Shown: positions 21,501 through 34,430, counted from the first letter of the whole stretch. The stretch is DNA of 63,610 nt, filler included, from Octopus bimaculoides (GCF_001194135.2; 4 parts of 4 records of this genome joined end to end with filler, not necessarily neighbours in it); one strand, 5' to 3'. Notes: generated by a model not told the origin, from the letters alone. Made by a program: numbers and translations.

Positions 21501-22750
21501 CGAGCTGATACAGTTCCCTGCTACCACCACATTTCCAGTCCTTCCATGCCTGTTTCTTTTCCCTAATGGTTCTGTCAACTACATTGTTCCACCACCATGT
21601 CACCTTAGGGTGAGAGGGGACTTTGCACCAACCCTCAACAGGTTGTCCTGTAGGAACATCCAGTTGTCCTCCGCATTATATGATGCTATATCCTCCTCTT
21701 TTTTGTCAATAGCTTCCAGTAATACGTCTCTAAATCTGTTCATTTAGAGGATCCTTAAACTTCCAGACTCTTCTTTTCCCCACTGGTCATCTGAGTGGCC
21801 ACAGCTCTGATCCTGAAGTTGCTAACTACTAACCTATGTTGTGGGGTGCATTCTTCACTTGGGAATGTTTTGACATTTATAAGTAGCCATCTTTCTCATT
21901 TCCTGGCAAGAATGTAGTCAATATGACTAGTGAACCCACCAGACTGGTAGGTGAACAAGTGACTGGCAGGTTTCCTTAAGTTAGTATTACAGATCATAAG
22001 ACCATTTGCATCACAGAACTCCAGCAGCCTAGTTCCCTTCTCATTGCGGGAACCAAATCTGTTGTCACCATGCACACCATGGAAGCTCCCTGGATATTGT
22101 CGAATATGCCCACTGAAGTCGCCAGCCACAGGGAGAAGGTCCCTGTCATTTGTCGACAAGGTAGTCTGCAAGAGGGTGTCATAAAATCGTTCTTTCTGTT
22201 CATCAGATAGTCCTGGCTGAGGGGCATAGGCTGAGATAACGATTGCTAATCCATGTTGCAGCATTAGTCTAAGCTTAAGTTTTCTATCACACACACTGAC
22301 TACATCGATTACCTTATCAACCTTATCTCAGTAAGGATTGTACCCATGCCCCCAACCCCATCACTGTTCACTACCCAGAAAATCTTATACCTATGTTCTT
22401 TGTCTGTGAGGAACCAAGTAGAACTTCCACTCCACCTTACTTCTTAGATGCAGCACAAATCTATATGTCTCCATTCAAGCATCTCAACAATCTCATCAAT
22501 GTGCCAACATTAAGTGTGCCAACTCTGAGGGTGTGCAAGGTGTGGGCCAGTGTGACCCTGGGATGGGGGACAGCAGCATTATGCATCTGAAAAGAAAGCT
22601 CACGTGTGTTTGGTAGATCTCGTAAACATTCAGATAGGCTTCAACCTGCATACATTTCACCATTATTATATTCACTTCATAATCACTACATTCTAAGGGA
22701 AACAGACACTAGATAGGGATGGAGGGGGAAGGGAGGAGTTAAAGCGTTCC
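18530..22750 (-). mobile_element. Near full-length decayed RTE LINE (endonuclease + RT + 3' UTR)
   Basis: EN motifs LRVGTLNVGT, ISAYAPQ, AGDFSGHI, DYILARK; WWWNNVVD linker; RT NYRGIKL, STTDAIF, GVHQGSVLSPLLF, YADDL; (ATC)-type tail at ~18535. Confidence 0.9.
20640..21299. mobile_element. Second-family RTE LINE nested in the previous one, with an inverted 5' segment
   Basis: Minus 20925>20640 reads ...KDIKSRVVKTWAAIDSHRTIWKPTLPDGLKRD. Plus 20923> reads FFRAVVKSVLIYGSPTWTLT...RRLKFAGHCW...GRPRKTY and ends in a gatgatg tail. Confidence 0.85.
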
Positions 22751-23669
22751 ATATAGTTAACTGTTAGAGGTGCTCAGGAGAAACATATCTGGTACAAATT
22801 AGAGGAGAAAGACTTCTGGCATAGACAATGAGATGGAAGAGTGCACCAGGAACAGCAAAACACTATGTCTGCCTTATTCCTGAGCTAAAGCTGATGTGGC
22901 ACAGCCACAGACAAAGCAAGCCATTAATTAAACAATCAACATAGAAAAACAAGTGGTTAACAAAACTGAGAGAGAAGGGAGGTGGGGAGAGCGTTGAAAT
23001 TTTCGAGAATTAGGGCTAGTCAAGGAAACAGTGGAACATTTGGATAAGATAGAAGGTAACAAAATAAAACAAATGAAGAGATGGAATTTTCAAGATTTAG
23101 AGCAGGAGTAAACAGAATTGGATAATTGGATTTCTTAACTATACTTAACATACTGCTGAAGAGATAGCTAAATGAATAACAATAATAATTATTATTATTA
23201 TAATGAGAACTATAGAGTGAAACAGAATTGAACATTTGCATTCTTAACTTTAACATACAGCATAGAGTAAGCAAAACTTTGTGACAGAATAGATAAATAA
23301 CAATAATAATAATTATAATGAGAGAGAATTAAACATATGGTTTCTTAAGTTTACTATAACATACAACATGGAATAAACAATACTGTGTGGGTACATAGAT
23401 AAATTAATAAATAATAATAGTAATTATAATTAGCACTATATATGTATATATATATATATATTGTTATATTTGGAGCTGGTCATATTGTTTTTGCTAATTA
23501 CAAATACTTAAAACATAGGAGGAATTCTACTTCACATAACCCCTCATAACTCTTTTATTTTTAGGAATTTTCAGAAAATGTTTGTGAATTTGTGTTCTAT
23601 ACACAGGAAATCATACAACTATGCAAAAAAATCTTTCTTAAATATTAAAAAAAATTTTTTTTTTTTTTG

Positions 23670-23781
23670 TTTCTGCATAGTTAGCGACTTTGGGATCAAG
23701 GCAAAATGGGTGCCCAGAATTAGACAGGCTTGGAGGAGAAGGGTGTGGAAGCTTAAAGACCCTGCAAATGGACAGAGACTT
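23670..23781 (+). mobile_element. RTE LINE fragment cut by a gap
   Basis: IVSDFGIKAKWVPRIRQAWRRRVWKLKDP is similar to the 21730-21830 region of the large RTE. Confidence 0.6.
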
Positions 23782-23881
23782 NNNNNNNNNNNNNNNNNNN
23801 NNNNNNNNNNNNNNNNNNNNNNNNNTTAATTAATTAANNNNNNNNNNNNNNNNNNNNNNNNNNNNNNNNNNNNNNNNNNNN
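23782..23881. other. Scaffold join: 44N-TTAATTAATTAA-44N (assembly artefact)
   Basis: Identical 100-bp construct at 53210-53309 and 58624-58723. Confidence 0.9.
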
Positions 23882-23900
23882 CTCTATCTATCTATCTCTA

Positions 23901-23932
<32 letters not shown>

Positions 23933-23939
23933 AGATCAG

Positions 23940-24407
23940 GCACTCAAACCTTCCACCTACGTTAAAAGTTATAAAATTTAGACCACTGATTGAGCCGACC
24001 ATTCTCTATAGATCAGAAACCTGTACCTTATCGGCTCTCTTAGAAAAATAACTATATGGAACTTATGCCAACCTGATCAGAAAAATACAGAACATTATTT
24101 CGAGATCACACCCAACACTTAGTAACACTATGGATATCTGATAGCAATATCCTTCAAGCTAAAGTAGAAATGGCTGCAATTTGCTGGTCACTGTCATGGA
24201 GCAGAGAAAGAGGTTATCTCATCATTGCTCCTATACCATCCCTCTGGAAGTGTTTTCTCCAGGAAACCGACATTTCCAGATACTATATCACGGGACTCAA
24301 GGCTGGATATTAGAGATCTGAACACAGCAATGCAAGACCGTGTAGTGTGGAGATTGTCAATGGAGTTCCGAGCAATCATAGGATGATCAAAGGATGATGA
24401 TGATATA
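23940..24407 (+). mobile_element. RTE LINE 3' fragment (related to 20640-21299)
   Basis: FRPLIEPTILYRSETCTL motif, AGHC motif and (GAT)n tail. Confidence 0.7.
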
Positions 24408-24505
24408 TACATGCATACGTGCGTACCCGCATAAATACATACATACATACATACATATATATATGTATATATGTTTGTATGTATATATATATATATACAT
24501 ACGTA

Positions 24506-24561
<56 letters not shown>

Positions 24562-25148
24562 ATCATGGACGGACGGTAGACACATCGGCTCCCATGTAAG
24601 TTGCATTTTTCACCTCTTAAAAGACCTATTTTGTTTTAAAATTTTGTATAAGTTGTGTATAACACAAAATACTTCGTGAACATATATTTTTCAAATCGGA
24701 AATNNNNNNNNNNNNNNNNNNNNNNNNNNNNNNNNNNNNNNNNNNNNNNNNNNNNNNNNNNNNNNNNNNNNNNNNNNNNNNNNNNNNNNNNNNNNNNNNN
24801 NNNNNNNNNNNNNNNNNNNNNNNNNNNNNNNNNNNNNNNNNNNNNNNNNNNNNNNNNNNNNNNNNNNNNNNNNNNNNNNNNNNNNNNNNNNNNNNNNNNN
24901 NNNNNNNNNNNNNNNNNNNNNNNNNNNNNNNNNNNNNNNNNNNNNNNNNNNNNNNNNNNNNNNNNNNNNNNNNNNNNNNNNNNNNNNNNNNNNNNNNNNN
25001 NNNNNNNNNNNNNNNNNNNNNNNNNNNNNNNNNNNNNNNNNNNNNNNNNNNNNNNNNNNNNNNNNNNNNNNNNNNNNNNNNNNNNNNNNNNNNNNNNNNN
25101 NNNNNNNNNNNNNNNNNNNNNNNNNNNNNNNNNNNNNNNNNNNNNNNN

Positions 25149-25190
<42 letters not shown>
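24408..25190. repeat. (TACA)n/(TA)n/(TCTA)n microsatellites and N-gap
   Basis: Read directly. Confidence 0.9.
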
Positions 25191-25198
<8 letters not shown>

Positions 25199-25399
25199 AA
25201 TAGAGGCAGAAACATGAGATAAGTCTTACAGAAGACGAATATAACTTATTTCACGTCAATAACATTCCATAAATACACAGCTTCATAGTATCCACAAATA
25301 CCCACCCCAGCACACATGCACGCACCTACTTAGTGTAAGATTTATGTTTCTATCTCAATATGTTTATATACTTATGTATTTATGATAGTATGTATTCGT

Positions 25400-25540
25400 A
25401 TATGTCAACCTCAGGAAGGCATTGGTATCTCCGAGCTTCTGATAGAAGACATTCCTAGATTATTGCACGTATGTCTGAGCCAGATACCACGTCGGTACGA
25501 AACGATGATTGCAGCCGCAACGTCATACCTGCGCATGAGT
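25400..25540 (+). mobile_element. Possible Tc1-like transposase C-terminal remnant
   Basis: NLRKALVS then (frameshift) EDIP..SQIPRRYETMIAA resembles the Tc1 C-terminus LxxAL..W..IP...SMPRR...IAA. Confidence 0.4.
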
Positions 25541-25879
25541 AAGTAAAAAGGTATGTATGTACGTGTGTATGTATGTATGTATGTATGTATGTATATCAAT
25601 CAGTTTCATTTCTGTATTTCTTGTCCAATGCTCCTTCATTGGAACTTTTATCAACATTATCTAGGTATTTGTGCATGTGTGTGTGTATGTGCAGTATTTG
25701 GTGTTAGTGTATGCGCAGATTTGTATGTTTGTTTTATGGATGCGTTTTTATGTATATATTTTCATGTCATGGCGTATGCATATGCGTATGTATGTTTGTA
25801 TGTATGTATGTATGTATGTATGTATGTATGTATACAAAGATGTGTATGAATGTATGTGTACAGGGGTAGGCGTGACTAT

Positions 25880-25995
25880 GTCGTAAGAAGATTGCTTTCC
25901 AACTTCATGGTTCCGGGGTCAATTCCATTGCGCGGCACTTTGGGCAAGTCTTCTGCTACAGCTTCGTGCTGACAAAAGCTCTGTGAGTGGATTTA
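25880..25995 (+). mobile_element. 5' part of long-family SINE
   Basis: catggttccggggtcaattcc...ctttgggcaagtcttct. Confidence 0.65.
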
Positions 25996-26800
25996 GTTGA
26001 CTGTTATATCAGTAGAAATCGGTTGGCGCTGTAGAAATTTCCAGTCAAGTACTTTAATATTATTCTTGTTCAAATTCATGACGTGGAGGTGAGTGCAGTC
26101 ATGTTGAATAAAGACGTCGTACCGCTGGTCGTGTGGTTTCAGCAGGATTTTTGGGCCCGTGCAGTTTCTGAACATCATGATCTGCATTGATCGTGTTGTT
26201 GTTTTCCACTATTTCGTTGTGGATTAGGCCCATACTACCAAAAGTAGACCATCGTGTTGCGTGGCTAAAGCTCAGGCTTGGCTCTGGAGTTACTTGCTTG
26301 CCGGAATTCAGCCATTCTTTCTATTTCATATTGACGTAAAGACACCATTTCCACCGCTTGCTGTCGAACAAGCAAACTGGTGGAAATAGAGCAGAGCTGA
26401 ACTGTGTTTAAAATTTACAAGTCATTTGGTAGCTGATAATTCTTCAATATCTATTAATAGACACTTCTATTAATATATATTGCATGTGATGTCCATTCAT
26501 CGAGTTTTGAAACCTTACCCAACAAGCGAACGTGTTGGGGGATGGTATAATGTGAGCATATTGTCTGCTGGTTCAATTCCCGTGTGGTTTGGGGCGGATA
26601 TCCTCCTGATCCTCCTTAGTAAGCTCGTTTACCCGAACAGATCATATTGAATAAGTAGGTCGTGTCGCTGGTTGGGTGGTTTACAGATCGGCTGGGACAC
26701 GGAGAATCTGCGAAATGGAGTTTCCCCTCCATGAAGCGTTAAAACCATTTCCGTGCAATTCTTTCAGTAATAGCACCTTCTCTGTACAGAGAACAATTGT
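25995..26800 (-). mobile_element. Decayed Tc1/mariner transposase
   Basis: RKWF.RFMEG..FADSP.PSR (HTH region), WSTFGSMG, IQHDCTHLH (cf. QDNARPH) and NNIKVLDW. Confidence 0.6.
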
Positions 26801-29800
26801 CTCAAGCAAATTTGGTATCTTTGGAACTTATGTGAAAGAGAAGAGAAGCAGATGCCGAAAATGTTAGTTTACTTTTTCTCTTACTATGCACGCCATAGTC
26901 GTATGCTTGAAAAGAAGGAAAATGTATTAAAATTTCAGAAACGATTAACGAAATTTGTAGAGGAAGAAAATAGCTACTAAATGAATAAATAAATAAATAA
27001 ATAAACATAAATAAAATAACTTTCTACGATAAAACATATTTTCCTTGTTAATTTATGCAAACGCACCAATTTATCTAACAACCGAATCTATATACATACC
27101 CTCATATTTACATATACATATATTTAAGTATTTATCTATTTATATATCAACATATTTCTCTCTTTCGCCGTTTGGGCTACATAGTCTTTTTATGTACATT
27201 TCGAACCTCACTCCAAATCAACAAACACAGTCAATTCAGACTACATTATATGTGTCTTGACACGTATTCACCCTTTCTCTTATGTTTTGATATCTTCGTT
27301 GTTTTTCTTTTTCTCGTCAAATCTTTTTTATTTCATTATCAAAATGCAATGTCGTAGGAGTTCTAATTAATATGCATTTATATGTAAATTCCTTCGTCGT
27401 TGATCGTATCATTAAGCATTATGTCGATGCTTATTTAATGATGTATTCGCTATTGTTTACAATAATTTCTCACTTCTATTATGCTTAATATGGAAATTAG
27501 TTTGTGATTCTAATTTTTTATTTCTTTTTTTTTTAAACTTATTTACATTCAAAGATTTGTGCAAGTTGTTTATTGCTCTTTAACCTCGACTTCGCTCTGA
27601 TCTACTGGACCAGTGTTTGAAGTTCTTCTAACGGAGACATCCGTATCCGTTTTTATAACATCATAGAGCATCGCGTTTTATTTTTAAACTCCTATAATTT
27701 GATTTGCATTACTCTATCTCGTGTGTCCCTACTTATTTTAATACGGTAGCGTGTAATTTGAAGGAGCTCGATTACAGGTTAAGCAGCTGCTCAGTGTGCA
27801 AGTTTTGTAGCACAGTAGCATTGCCGACTCCTGTCAATGATAATGTACATATTATGAAATAAACACATTTGTATTTGGTTATTTTATCCTATACTTTCTT
27901 CAAATTAAAGAATTTTTTGTGGCTATACCTCAGTGCTGGAAGCTCAGGGAGACAATAGAATGTGATCTCAAGATTTGAGAGATATTTCATTGCTATATCT
28001 AAAACGGTAACCGGCCGTATATATAGTCCTCTGTTAGGTCGAAGAGAGAAGGTGTAATATTGAAGCACAAGTCAGATTTGATCATGCAGACCCATACTCA
28101 AACTGCATTATGTATTGTAAATATTTTTATGCTCATAGTTTTAGCTATTCAAGCAACCATGTACACGCTTTCGCATTTTCTGCATATAGTACCTCCCTCT
28201 GTCCCTGCACCATCGACGAACAAACCCTTTCTCTTCCATGACAAGCACATAACACGAAGGGTTTCCTTCGCTTTTTTCCTTGGCATTTTCTTATAATTAT
28301 TTACTGCCTGCAGGACTCACTTTTGTTTACCATAGCCGGCTCTCAAAACACAGATATATANNNNNNNNNNNNNNNNNNNNNNNNNNNNNNNNNNNNNNNN
28401 NNNNNNNNNNNNNNNNNNNNNNNNNNNNNNNNNNNNNNNNNNNNNNNNNNNNNNNNNNNNNNNNNNNNNNNNNNNNNNNNNNNNNNNNNNNNNNNNNNNN
28501 NNNNNNNNNNNNNNNNNNNNNNNNNNNNNNNNNNNNNNNNNNNNNNNNNNNNNNNNNGAGAGAGAGAGAAAGAGAGAGATAGAGAGGGCGGGGTAGAGAA
28601 AGTTGAAGAGAGAAAAAGAGAGGGGGAGAGAGGAAATGAAAGAGAGAATGAGAAAGAGAAAGAGAAAGAGAAAGAGAAGTTTTTCACGTGTGCATACAAG
28701 AGCATCTATATATAGGGCATGTTATTTTACTTTAATTATATGTGTTAAACGTGCACAGTCTGGGCCAGATTTAAATACCACAATTGAATACATGGTAACC
28801 ATCCTTTAATTTATAGCGTATTAAATTTGGTTACTGCGCTTTGAAGGTGGTGGTCTAATTAGGTACAATTGACCAGCTGAGCCAAAATCAACCTCCCGCC
28901 TTTGCTTCAACATCTCAATTACGCGCCTTTTACATTGACGAGCGTGTTACCCTGCTATTAAACAACTTAACACGTGCTTTTTGAAATTATTCATTTTATG
29001 TCACTTCCCATGCAACAAAATCTATAAGAAAAAGTACAGAAGTAATAAAAATAAAAAAAAAACAAAATGTTATTACTCGATGCATTAATCATATTAGTCA
29101 TCTTGAAATAATTAAAATGCTCACCACTATTAAAACACAGAAAAGGTCATAAATATGTGAGACTGAAATATTTGGCGCAACTATTTGATCAAACGAAAAT
29201 GCCGTTTACATCATGAAACATTATGTATTACGAATCGAAGTTCTACAGTAACTGAAATAGAGCATCTCTCAACACTCCCTTTGATTCGAAAATTGTGATC
29301 AGAAACGAATTTCCATTGATTCCAATAATATAATGAACAATCTGTCAGGTACAATTCACGCGTAAATAAATAAATAAATAAATAAATAAAAGGCTAACAA
29401 ACATGTTTTACTAGCAATATTTGGCTACAAAATTCTATAACTTCTAAGTGCAAAAGGTGTGAAAAGCACAGAAGTTGCTAGTTCAGATCCTGAAGCTGTA
29501 CATAAATATCCAGCTAAAATAAAGAAAATAATTAAAGAGAAAACATAGAATGAACTTGATGAGGAAATTCATAATATATGTTCGAAATAACAAATGGATA
29601 TGAATCCGAATGTTAATAAAACTATAGCTGTTTGCTGATGCCTTCATACTTAAATAATTGTTATTGCAAAATGTGTGCAAGGAATAGAAAGGGAAAAACA
29701 CTCTTGATCAGTAGCCTTTTGATCTGTGTTTTCTCTTACAAGAAAAAATAGGTTTTCAGTAACTCCAAATATTTTCATCTATTAATAATAATTACTCCTG

Positions 29801-30120
29801 TTGTGTATTGTAATTGATTAACGCAATTTTGGAGTACATATGATCCTATATGATTATCTAAACTTGTTATGCGACGCCTATCTATATGAGGCTATGGATT
29901 GGCGGACACATGCACTCGGTAGTCGAGCTAGACCATATTCTGTACGGAAGCTTCTCTTTCAAAACAATAAAACGAAAAATCTACATTTTTCTTTATTTGT
30001 TTTGCATGTTTTCCTTACTACACCCAGTTTTATATAATCCATTGTTGTATGTGGTTGTTTTCTGTACGGACGCGTTTATGATAAGTATTATGGTTCAAAT
30101 ACGATTATTATTATTATTAT

Positions 30121-30495
30121 TGTTCAGTAGTTTTATTTTTATAACGTACTTTCACTTCACTACCGAGTGCAGCTCTGTGTGCCTTGGGTATGTGCTGTGG
30201 TTTGCTGTGATGCTCTTATGGTTACTGTATTGAAAGTGTTTTGCGTAGGATGTGTGCAGTGCCCAGTAGTGCAATTTTCTGTATGTTATATATATTTGTA
30301 AGTTCTGGTGTTTTTGTTATGTATTTGTCTGAATATTATTTTATTATACCTAAGGCACCTACTATTATAGGAATTGTTTCTGTTTTTAGATTCCACATTC
30401 GAGTTACCTCTATTTCCAGGTCTTTGTATTTTAAAGATTTTCCATTTCTTTTAGGGAAACATTGTCATCTGCTGGTATTGATACATCAATTAGAA

Positions 30496-30496
<1 letters not shown>
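30121..30496 (-). mobile_element. R4/Dong-like RLE LINE, 5'-truncated, between (TAA)n tracts
   Basis: DVSIPADDNVSLKEMEK..KYKDLEIEVTRMW...VGALG...IQKIALLGTAHILRKTLSIQ*; (ATT)n at 30104-30121 and 30496-30546. Confidence 0.85.
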
Positions 30497-30546
<50 letters not shown>

Positions 30547-30559
30547 GTCCGTTCTTCTC

Positions 30560-30720
30560 ATACTTTACATTTGAAGTTCAAATCCCACCGAAGTCAACCT
30601 AAATCTTCCTCCATCTAGACTAAAATACCAATCTAGTATTGGGATCGATGATATTGACAAAACTCCTCCCCTCAAAATTGCTGGCGCAGTGTTTAAAACA
30701 GAAACAATTCTCCTCCTCCG
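30560..30720 (+). mobile_element. Degenerate short-family SINE
   Basis: gttcaaatcccaccgaagtcaac...; compare 54410-54840. Confidence 0.5.
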
Positions 30721-30739
30721 CTTCCTTCTTCCCCTCCTC

Positions 30740-32252
30740 CTTAATTATCGTGGGAGACGTTCAACATCGAAGTACCAATCTCAAAACCTTTGCTGTCCAC
30801 AGCAGAGCAGTTTTTTGGGCTTACTCTACCCTCATGTCAATTCCGATTTCTTTGACATATTTCCCGAACTTCGTCGTTAGTGATCCGAACTGGAATGACA
30901 GATACTCTCTTCATAGTCCACATTCTTGAAATTTTGTATTTTAGTAGTCTGTACTTTTCAATCTAGTTCTTTGATGCATGCATCACCAGGTATTGTAATA
31001 TTTATGATCTTGGTTTCCTTTATTTCTTTATCTACAACAACAACATCTAGTCTCCGAGCCTCGATTAGAGAGTCGCATTGGGTTGTAAAATCCCACAGTA
31101 TCTTATGTTCCTTGTTCTCGGTGACTCCTGGTTCATCTTCGTACCATTTGCGTGCTCTGTTCAGGCCGAACTTTTCACATAGCCTCCAGTGGGCGAACTT
31201 AGCCACGTTATCGTGCCTCCTTTTGTAGTGCTTGCTACACTCAATCACAATATGTGAGATTGTTTCGTTTCTGCTGCTACATATTCTACAAACGCGCGAT
31301 TCGCTACTTTTATCTATTTCGAACTTGGTGTAATTAGTTTTCAGAGCTTGTTCCTAGGCCCTGCATATCAATGCCTCAGTGCATCCTTCCAGATCACATT
31401 TTCTTAGTCATCTCCAAATGTTGATCTTGTCTTTTCCTTCGATTTCTCTGACGTATTGCCCATGCAGTGATTTCACTTTCCAGTTGTTTGCTCTTTCTCC
31501 ATCTTGTTTCTTAAATGTTTGTGGATGCATCACGATTTCAGTAGGTATTGTATTGTTGATTCCAACAGTGGCAAGCAGGGATTCACTCTGCTGTTTGTTC
31601 AGATTGTTCTCTTTGTGTTATAAGCATTCCCTTGCTTTTAGACACACAGTCTATCAGCATCGCTTTTTGGGGTGTAGTTCCTTGGTAACTGTCATCACTT
31701 TTCTTATTTCCCTATCCATTTCCTCAAACTCGTTCTTTGTCCACCTAATAACACCTGCACCATATCACATTAAGTGCCCAGATTTTGTTTCTTCCATTGA
31801 GCTTACTTCCTATAATTAATTTGGTTCTTCTGATATATTCTCGCCTAAAGCTTTCCTTCATTTTACTTTCTTTGCTTTTGTCGTATTCTAAAATCCTCAA
31901 GTATTTCTATCCATTAGTCTGAATATCCTAGATTTTCTCACCGTTGGGTAGCTCTGCACCATCAGACGACACTACTTTGCCTCTTTGTATTATAAGCATA
32001 CCACACTTTTAAGCCCCAAATTCCATTCCTATATCCTTACTAAATATCTGTACTGTTGAAGCTAGGCCATTTGTTTTATGTTCGGTCTTTCCATCATTCA
32101 TATATAACAGATGATTTAATTTTCCTCCACGATGTCACTTTCCTTAGTATCTGTGCGAGGCATATCGTACAAATCACGAACAGCAATAGTGACAGTCTAA
32201 CTCTCAAAAACAGCAATGGTGATAGGCTATCTTTCACAAACAGCAGTGTTGA
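30740..32252 (-). mobile_element. R4/Dong-like RLE LINE, RT C-terminal half to 3' end
   Basis: GDSLSPLLF, INHLLYMND, FSKDIGMEFG, CSKHYKRRHDNVAK..HWRLC, ILWDF, RLDVVVVD and QKTALL.TAKVLR; 5' end abuts (ATT)n. Confidence 0.85.
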
Positions 32253-32289
32253 TTATTATTATTATTATTATTGCTGTTGTTGTTATTTT

Positions 32290-32978
32290 ACTTTTAATCT
32301 GCAAGTTTGCTACAATGACTTGCCGAGACGCACCTAGTGTCCTGGGGTGAGTAAAGGATAAGAGATGTTACAGTATGACTGAAACCTTGGGGACAGGAAG
32401 TAGCGAAATATCTTTACATAATACAACACAGACATTTAAATGGATAAGGGTTTTCTAAGTATGTGCTCAGTACTTGTCAGTACAATCTTTTGGATTTCTC
32501 TGAGACATGGTTCTTCTAGGATCTTATCTAGATGTTTCTGACATCCCTTTTTGTATCATACCTTGAGCACCTACAATAACAAGAACAAGTACAGTTCTCG
32601 TTTTAAGATGCCACATCTTTTGTATTTCAATTTCCATGTCCTTATATTTACTTAGTTTGTCAAATTCCTTGATAGGTATATTTTTATCAGTAGGAACACT
32701 TACATCTAGTAGCCTACAAGTATTTTCTTCCATGTCTTTAATATTTACGTCTGGTTGATTAGCCTGGATCGTTCTGTCGGTGACGACTGGAAAATCCAAG
32801 AGGATAATGATATTTTTACCTTCAACGACTGTCTCAGGATGATGTCCATATCAGTAAGCATGAGTGATGATTTTGTAGTGTTTACATAATTTCCAGTGTA
32901 AATACTGTCCTATCATATCATGGCGATTTTTGTATTCGTTTGGTGTCAGCACAGGACATCCCGAGACGAGATGGTCTC
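32290..32978 (-). mobile_element. R4/Dong-like RLE LINE 3' fragment
   Basis: MDFPVVTDRTIQANQPDVNIKD...LLDVSVP...KYKDMEIEIQKMW...IQKIVLTSTEHILRK; flanked by (ATT/GTT)n on both sides. Confidence 0.85.
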
Positions 32979-33038
32979 TTGTTGTTGTTGTTGTTNNNNN
33001 NNNNNTTGTTGCTGTTGTTGTTATTATTGTTGTTGTTG

Positions 33039-33086
<48 letters not shown>

Positions 33087-33087
<1 letters not shown>

Positions 33088-33480
33088 ATGCTATGTTATT
33101 GAAGTTTGGTGACACCAAATCTCCTCAAATCTCAAGATTCTTTCTGAGTATTCTTGAAGAAAATGGGATTGCACTTTGCTGCAATTCGACCATGCGTGTG
33201 CCAGTTCCAAACTCCTTATGCAGCAGTCTGGGTGCTGTACCAAGTGTAGCAATTACCACAGGAGCAACTGTCACCTTTGTCTTTTACAATCTGTTTATAC
33301 CTCCGGTCAAGTCGTGGTATTTTTCGCTTTAAAAAAAAAAAAAAATATGATATCCTCTCCATTATCCTTTGGCATTGCAAAATCTATGATTTCACATTGT
33401 TTTTTTTTTTCTTTCGTCCTATGTAACCATATCTGGTAGTGTTCTGGCTTCTATAATACGGTCAGTCATTATGGGGAAGT
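33087..33480 (-). mobile_element. R4/Dong-like RLE LINE 3' fragment
   Basis: PDMV...IIDFAMP...KYHDL...PVVIATLGTAP...LQQSA...RILRKNL; the 3' end runs directly into (TAA)n. Confidence 0.75.
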
Positions 33481-33719
33481 CAAACAAAATCATTGTAATT
33501 CTTATTTTCTTTCAAGCTTTCTAGCTGGTGTTCATAGTACTTTTCTGTTATTATAATTCCCCCCTCTCACTCCTCGTCGTCGTCGTAGTCGTCATAATCA
33601 TCATCATCATCCATCTTTTATACCAAGTTTTAAACCAAGACAAAACTTGTACATGGTAACACTTCCAATCACTTAAGATCAGAATCTATGAAAGACAGTG
33701 CTTGGTAATGCATCAGGGC

Positions 33720-33720
<1 letters not shown>

Positions 33721-33791
<71 letters not shown>

Positions 33792-33806
33792 CATCATTAT
33801 TATTTT
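33721..33806. repeat. (ATT)n microsatellite
   Basis: Read directly. Confidence 0.9.
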
Positions 33807-34280
33807 TTGTTGCATTGTCGATATGTGTTTACTTTGGGTCTTTAAGTTTGGAATACTAAGGGCTTTTAAACGCGGAAAACTTTCTTCTTTTACTTAAGTA
33901 CCATTATAAAACGAATGAATTTATTAAGTTTGAGTATATATTCTTCCTTTGGGGAAAAAGATACTCTATCATAGCATTTTGCTTTGGATGTCTTCAATAT
34001 CTATATTAATAGTGACAAAACAACTACACCGAGAACGATAAACTCTACTCAAGGATATACTCCAATATTTCAGTAAATATTAAACAAATGAGAACGTAAT
34101 TAAACACAAATATTACGCATTGACATATAGGCGTTTCAGAAGAAAGGGAAATATGAATTTTCGGATAATGAAAGTGCTTTTCAAATGCTTCAAATATAAT
34201 AACAGCAATAATAATGGCAGAAGCTTTTTCTCTTCCTCTTCTTTTCTCTTTCATTCTATTTCTTTCTCTGTCTATCTGTC

Positions 34281-34343
<63 letters not shown>

Positions 34344-34430
34344 CTTTCTTTCTCTCTCTGACTCACTGAATTCACGCGCGCGAGGCCTGTGAGATGTGTT
34401 TAATAGTGGAAAGAAAAAATGCAGTTTTAT

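Noticed and set aside
23020-23274. Minus-strand NYPILFTPALNL as the upstream EXOC4 exon
   Set aside because: Weak similarity, no EIE motif and no suitable donor site.
29908-30175. 13-bp inverted repeat tgcactcggtagt / actaccgagtgca
   Set aside because: Too short; possibly a remnant of a related element in the opposite orientation, with no further structure.
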